NCBI GenBank assembly: GCA_049418765.1
Contig: JBMSJJ010000003.1
Span: 68,921-132,920, forward strand
DNA length: 64,000 bases
Source of the DNA: Rickettsiales bacterium
GTDB taxonomy: Bacteria > Pseudomonadota > Alphaproteobacteria > Rickettsiales > UBA1997
Direction: 5' to 3'
Shown: positions 59,639-64,000 of the stretch, piece by piece
Layout of the letters: every line of letters starts with the position of its first letter
How positions within the stretch are numbered: the first letter of the stretch is position 1
Translations under genes and position numbers: made by a program
Notes under the pieces: generated by a model
Database searches by the model: none
What the model was told of the DNA's origin: nothing
Seen by the model: only the letters and a program-made list of their open reading frames with translations

Positions 59639-60391
59639 ATGCTAACTAAACAGCAACAGGATTTATATATTCGCAACATTATTTTACCAGAAATTGGTGA
59701 AGCTGGTCAAGAAAAATTACTTAAGGCAAAAATTTTAGTAATTGGTGCTGGCGGTCTTGGCTCTAGCGCTTTACAATATCTAACTTGCGCAGGCATTGGC
59801 AATATTGGCATCATCGATGATGACAAAGTGGAGATTTCAAATTTGCAACGCCAAATTATTCATAATTTTGATAATCTTGGGCAAGAAAAAATCCTTAGCG
59901 CCAAAGAAAAATTAGAAAAATTATCCCCTGATTTAAAAATAAATTTAATTAATCAACGAGCCAATTATGATTTATTATCAAAGGAAGTTAATGATTACGA
60001 TATTGTAATGGATTGCACCGATAATTTTCCGACTCGATTTATAATCAATCAAGTTTGTTTTGAGCAAAAAAAACCTCTAATTTTTGGGGCGGTAAAAGGA
60101 TTTCTTGGGCAGTTGTCGGTATTTAAATCTTACCTTGAAAATCAACCTTGCTATGCATGTTTTAATCCAAATATTGTCGATGAAAATTTTCAGTTACCAC
60201 TTCATGAAAAAGGTATTTTAGGAGCAGTAGCCGGCAGTATTGGAGCTATGCAGGCGATTTATGCCATAAAAGAAATTTTAAAAATCGATAATGATATTTC
60301 TGGGCAGATTTTATTTTACGATTTTTTAAAAAATAATTTTCGTAAAACCAAATTAAGTAAAAATAAAAATTGCAAAATTTGCGGAAATTAA
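59639..60391 (+). CDS. HesA/MoeB/ThiF family adenylyltransferase
   Basis: RNIILPEIGEAGQEKL, GAGGLGS, NLQRQ, CxxC pairs (CYACF and CKICG). Confidence 0.88.
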   Translation: MLTKQQQDLYIRNIILPEIGEAGQEKLLKAKILVIGAGGLGSSALQYLTCAGIGNIGIIDDDKVEISNLQRQIIHNFDNLGQEKILSAKEKLEKLSPDLKINLINQRANYDLLSKEVNDYDIVMDCTDNFPTRFIINQVCFEQKKPLIFGAVKGFLGQLSVFKSYLENQPCYACFNPNIVDENFQLPLHEKGILGAVAGSIGAMQAIYAIKEILKIDNDISGQILFYDFLKNNFRKTKLSKNKNCKICGN

Positions 60392-60439
60392 AAATTATAA
60401 CTAAATAATTTAATTAGTTTTGTAAAAATTAATTAAATT

Positions 60440-60874
60440 ATGCCACAAAAATCATATTTTCTTATTAGTGCAAGTGATATTGCTAAAAATAACACTCAAT
60501 TAATTCTGGAACAAAATATAATTCTTCAAAAATTATTTCCCTATGAAAACCCCGAAGATTTGCGCTCAAAATTATCACAAATACTCATCGATGATTTTAA
60601 AGAAGAAAACCCAATCTTAGTCGCAAAATGCCTCTTAGAACAAATTGACTCAGATTTTATTAAGAGATTTTCTGATGAGTCAAGTTTTATTGATGAATTT
60701 AAATTTCAATATCTCCAAAATCAAAGATTAATTCAAAAAGATTTGGAAGATTACCAAATCGCATCAACCGCTCCAAGCTCACAAAATTTTTTCAAGGAAG
60801 TTGCGCTTGGGTCAATTGGTGAACTTGTAGAAGATGCTCGAAACATTTTCAAAACAACAATGGAAGATCTCTAA
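60440..60874 (+). CDS. small acidic hypothetical protein
   Basis: 144-aa ORF, 15 nt upstream of the secreted protein gene on the same strand. No motif recognised. Confidence 0.45.
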   Translation: MPQKSYFLISASDIAKNNTQLILEQNIILQKLFPYENPEDLRSKLSQILIDDFKEENPILVAKCLLEQIDSDFIKRFSDESSFIDEFKFQYLQNQRLIQKDLEDYQIASTAPSSQNFFKEVALGSIGELVEDARNIFKTTMEDL

Positions 60875-60889
60875 ACTAATGGTCAAAAT

Positions 60890-62599
60890 ATGCCATTATC
60901 AACCTCTTCTCTTTCGGTTTTACTCGGATTGGCTTTTATGACCAAATCTATTTCGGCTCAAAGCGATTCTTTAATTTTAAGAGATTCCACTTTACCAAGA
61001 AATGTAACATTAGGCGCTAAATCTAGCGCACCAACAACATCTAATTTTGCAACACCAGCGCCAAAATTTGAATATAAAAAATATGTTGAAAATTTGAACA
61101 GCAAAATTTCATTAATTCGCCAAGAATTATTAACAAAAAATCATGGTGAACTTCCAGAATTTACAGAGGTAATGACTAGATTAAAATCTTCAAATACTGA
61201 ATTATTTGATGAAAGTGGTAAATTAATTGCAGATTCTAATTCGATATTTGGAGAATTTTATGAAGGTTTAGATTTATCAAAAATGAAAATTAAATATGAG
61301 GATTTTAAATTTTTTAACAACGATAATGCAAAATTTAAAGATGTTAATTTTTCAGGCTCAGAAATCGGCAATGAAACGCCTCCGACTTCAATAAATATTG
61401 GAGTAAATATTTTAAGCGGAAATCTGAGTAATTGTGTATTTAAAAATTTTCCAAGATTGGCAATTGGTGAAGACATATTTTACAAGTATAATATAGCTAT
61501 GGATCGCAATGCCAATTCAGGAATTGGTAAAATTGATAAATCGGGTAACATCGAAATTTCATCAATCACAAATCCTGAACTTTATAATCAACAAAAGGAA
61601 ATATTTGATGGCTTAAAAATAGATTTAACCGATACAAAATTTTTAGGAATTTTTTATAATTCCAATTTTGCTTCTGGCGATTACAAAACTGCAAATTTTG
61701 CTGACGCCTCATTTCTTCATCTTGAAGAAATGTCTTTTAGCAAAAAAATACCTTTTGGGGCAAGAACACAAAATGCCGATTTATCGAAAACTAAATTTGG
61801 CTCTTTTGAAGCGCAAGAAACAAATCAAGAATATCAAGTAATTTCTTCTGAAGTAAAAAGCGTTGGCGCCTCAGAGCTAGCCTTATCCAAGGACATGCTG
61901 GATCTAACTGAAAGTCGCTATATTTTACAAAGTAAAATCGATGAATTATCCAAGAATAAACCAATTTATATTCGAGTAAATTTTGGAAATGCCACTAATG
62001 ATGATAAGGCGCAAAGTTTTAAGGAATTATTTAAAATATCTAAGGATGTGGACGAAAAAACTAAGAAAGAATTGATTGATAGGGTTAAAGAAGTAATAAA
62101 ACATGAATTTGAAAAATTTAATATAATTGCGGTTGATGAAGATGCTAAAATCCCCGATGATGCAATTGTTAAGAATTTAACTATTTATGCTCAAGATGGC
62201 AAAGGCTCTGCTTCACAATTTGCAGAATTTTTAGATGATCAATCTACAATTATATTTGGTCTTAAACAGCCAAGCAGAGGGTTTGTTGTTAGTCATGAAC
62301 TTGGACATGGCTTAGCCGGATTTGATCATCCCACAGAGATGAGGCAATCGGTTATGGGATATGCAAATTTTTTAAATAAATTAGGAGAGAATGGGGAATT
62401 ATCTTCAACCCCAAAATATATTTTCTTCACCGCCGAAGATAGAAGAACAGTCGGCGAGATAATGAAACAAGTTGGAAGACATGAAATTGCAACCAAAGAT
62501 GATGAAATTTTAGAATATAGCGATTTAACAAAATTGGACACTCGCTCAACCAGCTATTTGGGAGGTAGCGATAAAACCAGAATTTTAAAAAAAGCATAA
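60890..62599 (+). CDS. secreted protein with pentapeptide-like repeats and a C-terminal metzincin-like zinc-protease motif
   Basis: Signal peptide (LSVLLGLAFMTKSISAQS). Repeats such as FKDVNFSGSEI, ANFADASFLHL, ADLSKTKFGSF. HELGHGLAGFDHP at 62294-62332, followed by SVMGY (Met-turn-like). Confidence 0.65.
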   Translation: MPLSTSSLSVLLGLAFMTKSISAQSDSLILRDSTLPRNVTLGAKSSAPTTSNFATPAPKFEYKKYVENLNSKISLIRQELLTKNHGELPEFTEVMTRLKSSNTELFDESGKLIADSNSIFGEFYEGLDLSKMKIKYEDFKFFNNDNAKFKDVNFSGSEIGNETPPTSINIGVNILSGNLSNCVFKNFPRLAIGEDIFYKYNIAMDRNANSGIGKIDKSGNIEISSITNPELYNQQKEIFDGLKIDLTDTKFLGIFYNSNFASGDYKTANFADASFLHLEEMSFSKKIPFGARTQNADLSKTKFGSFEAQETNQEYQVISSEVKSVGASELALSKDMLDLTESRYILQSKIDELSKNKPIYIRVNFGNATNDDKAQSFKELFKISKDVDEKTKKELIDRVKEVIKHEFEKFNIIAVDEDAKIPDDAIVKNLTIYAQDGKGSASQFAEFLDDQSTIIFGLKQPSRGFVVSHELGHGLAGFDHPTEMRQSVMGYANFLNKLGENGELSSTPKYIFFTAEDRRTVGEIMKQVGRHEIATKDDEILEYSDLTKLDTRSTSYLGGSDKTRILKKA

Positions 62600-62632
62600 A
62601 CCGATATTAAAAACTCCCACCGAATTTCCATT

Positions 62633-63114
62633 ATGAAGGCAAGCGATGTAATGCTAACTTGCCTGAAAACGCCATTTCCTAAAGATTGCCTCAAAGATGA
62701 AACTCTCCAAAACTCCACGGCACTTGTAATTTACGACCCTTACGACGAATTTCCAGAGAAAATGTAAAACATATTTTTATATTTGATAAAGGCAAAAATT
62801 TTGTTGAAATTATCGACAAAAATGGCACTTCGCATCGTTTCGAAGTCAATTCAGAAAATTTTAGTGAACAACAACAAAAAATAATTTTTGACCAAGGAAA
62901 AATAACTAGCGAAAGTAAATCTAATGAAGGACTAAAAAACCCAGAAATTGCTGGAATAGTTGCTGGTGCAGTGTTAAGTTTACTGGGTGTAGCTTATGGC
63001 GTCAAAAAATGCTTGAATCAAGAAAGACCAGAAAACATTGCGACTAGTCCAACCCCATCGCCAAGGGCGACCTTTAGATCATTTCAAAATGAAGGGATTG
63101 AATTAGCAGTTTAA
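62633..63114 (+). pseudogene. small TM-anchored protein gene split over two frames
   Basis: ATG 62633 gives 44 codons and stops at 62765-62767. The second frame is open 62701-63114 and encodes a TM helix (IAGIVAGAVLSLLGVAYGV), but has no start codon near its 5' end. Confidence 0.4.
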
Positions 63115-63199
63115 CTAATTTAATTTTAAAAAATCAACTTCTTAAAAATAAGATTTTACTTTTAAAATAAATTTCAATAAAATTAAAAAATATTTTGTA

Positions 63200-63273
63200 A
63201 GCGGGTGTAGCTCAACGGTAGAGTTCTAGCCTTCCAAGCTAGCCGTGAGGGTTCGATTCCCTTCACCCGCTCC
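63200..63273 (+). tRNA. tRNA-Gly (anticodon TCC)
   Basis: GCGGGTG...CACCCGCTCCA acceptor. Anticodon stem CTAGC/GCTAG with loop CTTCCAA. T arm AGGGTTCGATTCCCT. Confidence 0.93.
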
Positions 63274-63335
63274 ATTTTAATTCATAGCTTTATTTAAAAA
63301 TTAGAAGCACAATTAAAATATTTCAAAGCAATATT

Positions 63336-63421
63336 GGAGAGGTGGCCGAGTGGTCAATGGCAGCAGACTGTAAATCTGCCCGCGTAAGCGTTCGCAGGTT
63401 CAAATCCTGCCCTCTCCACCA
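63336..63421 (+). tRNA. tRNA-Tyr (anticodon GTA), long variable arm
   Basis: GGAGAGG...CCTCTCCACCA acceptor. Anticodon stem GCAGA/TCTGC with loop CTGTAAA. Long variable arm, T arm GCAGGTTCAAATCCTGC. Confidence 0.93.
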
Positions 63422-63441
63422 CAAAAATTCCTTCGACTCAC

Positions 63442-64000
63442 CTAAGATTGCGATAATTCGATTTCATACATTTTTTTGTAAAAGCCAGAATTATTGACGT
63501 CATTTTTGATTAATTCTTGATGGGTGCCAACTTCAACAATTTCACCATCTTTAACAAAAATAATCTTATCAACATTGATGATGGAAGAAAGCTTGTGGGC
63601 AATGGTAATTACGGTTTTGTCTTTGGCATAATTTAATAAAGCCTTTTGCAAAAACTGCTCATTCTCATTATCTAAAGCCGAAGTAGCCTCATCTAATAGC
63701 AAAATTGGCGAATCCTTGATAATAGCACGAGCAAAGGCTAATCGCTGGCGTTCACCACCTGAAAGTTTAATGCCCTTTTCACCAACAAAACTATCGATTC
63801 CATCTGGCAAATTTTTGATAAATTGAAGAGCAGAATTTTCTTCAATAATTTTTTCAACCTCTTTTTTAGTGACATTTTTATTAACATAAGCAATGTTTTC
63901 GTAAATTGTTCCAGAAAAAATAAAGCAATCCTGAGAAATATAGGCAAAATTTTGACGCAAATCCTTAAAACTTAAATCCCTAATATCAATATTATTAATC
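63442..64000 (-). CDS. ABC transporter ATP-binding/permease protein (MsbA-like exporter), C-terminal part; gene continues beyond the window
   Basis: LSGGERQRLAFARAI signature, ILLLDEATSALD Walker B, TIAHKLS H-loop. The frame stays open to the window end. Confidence 0.9.
   Translation of the reverse strand, partial: INNIDIRDLSFKDLRQNFAYISQDCFIFSGTIYENIAYVNKNVTKKEVEKIIEENSALQFIKNLPDGIDSFVGEKGIKLSGGERQRLAFARAIIKDSPILLLDEATSALDNENEQFLQKALLNYAKDKTVITIAHKLSSIINVDKIIFVKDGEIVEVGTHQELIKNDVNNSGFYKKMYEIELSQS

Noticed and set aside
1-64000. Alternative genetic code (TGA read as sense) as an explanation for the split genes
   Set aside because: prfB retains the TGA-dependent autoregulatory frameshift site, and RF2 itself is intact. 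Several well-supported ORFs end in TGA. The frame breaks involve frame changes, not in-frame stops.

Overview
AT-rich (about 30% GC by eye) bacterial chromosomal segment, densely packed on both strands. Gene content suggests a small-genome alphaproteobacterium (sucA, lpdA, SdhE, alpha-type L33, FeS-type photolyase); the lineage assignment is inference only. About 50 intact housekeeping CDS are recognisable from motifs: sucA, uvrB, recO, miaA, rluD, tsaE, ftsY, lpdA, prfA, metG, ilvD, pheS, dprA, recN, rpmG, glpX, prfB (with its programmed +1 frameshift), pstA, folP, comEC, dnaQ, lpxA, fabZ, ilvB/ilvN, serS, rpsT, secF and gyrA. There are four tRNAs: Met-CAT, Leu-TAG, Gly-TCC and Tyr-GTA. I saw no rRNA, CRISPR array, transposase or integrase. 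The accessory content is the interesting part. (1) A compact ABC-type ATPase + Toprim two-gene module (PARIS-like / split-OLD) sits between prfA and metG, next to a 4 x 15 bp tandem repeat. (2) A cluster of GC-rich palindromic repeats lies in the 750 bp metG-downstream spacer, next to an orphan membrane/coiled-coil gene. (3) Two tandem pilin-like paralogues carry LamG-like C-termini, and the window also holds a PilD-type peptidase, dprA, recN and comEC. (4) Several lineage-specific, effector-like genes (ankyrin-repeat, secreted pentapeptide-repeat/metzincin-like, secreted or TM ORFans) are split across reading frames. Where the switch point can be pinned down it falls on an A/T homopolymer run, while every housekeeping gene is intact. 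Operons are scattered (sucA, pheS, secF and pstA lack their usual partners) and four convergent gene pairs overlap at their 3' ends.
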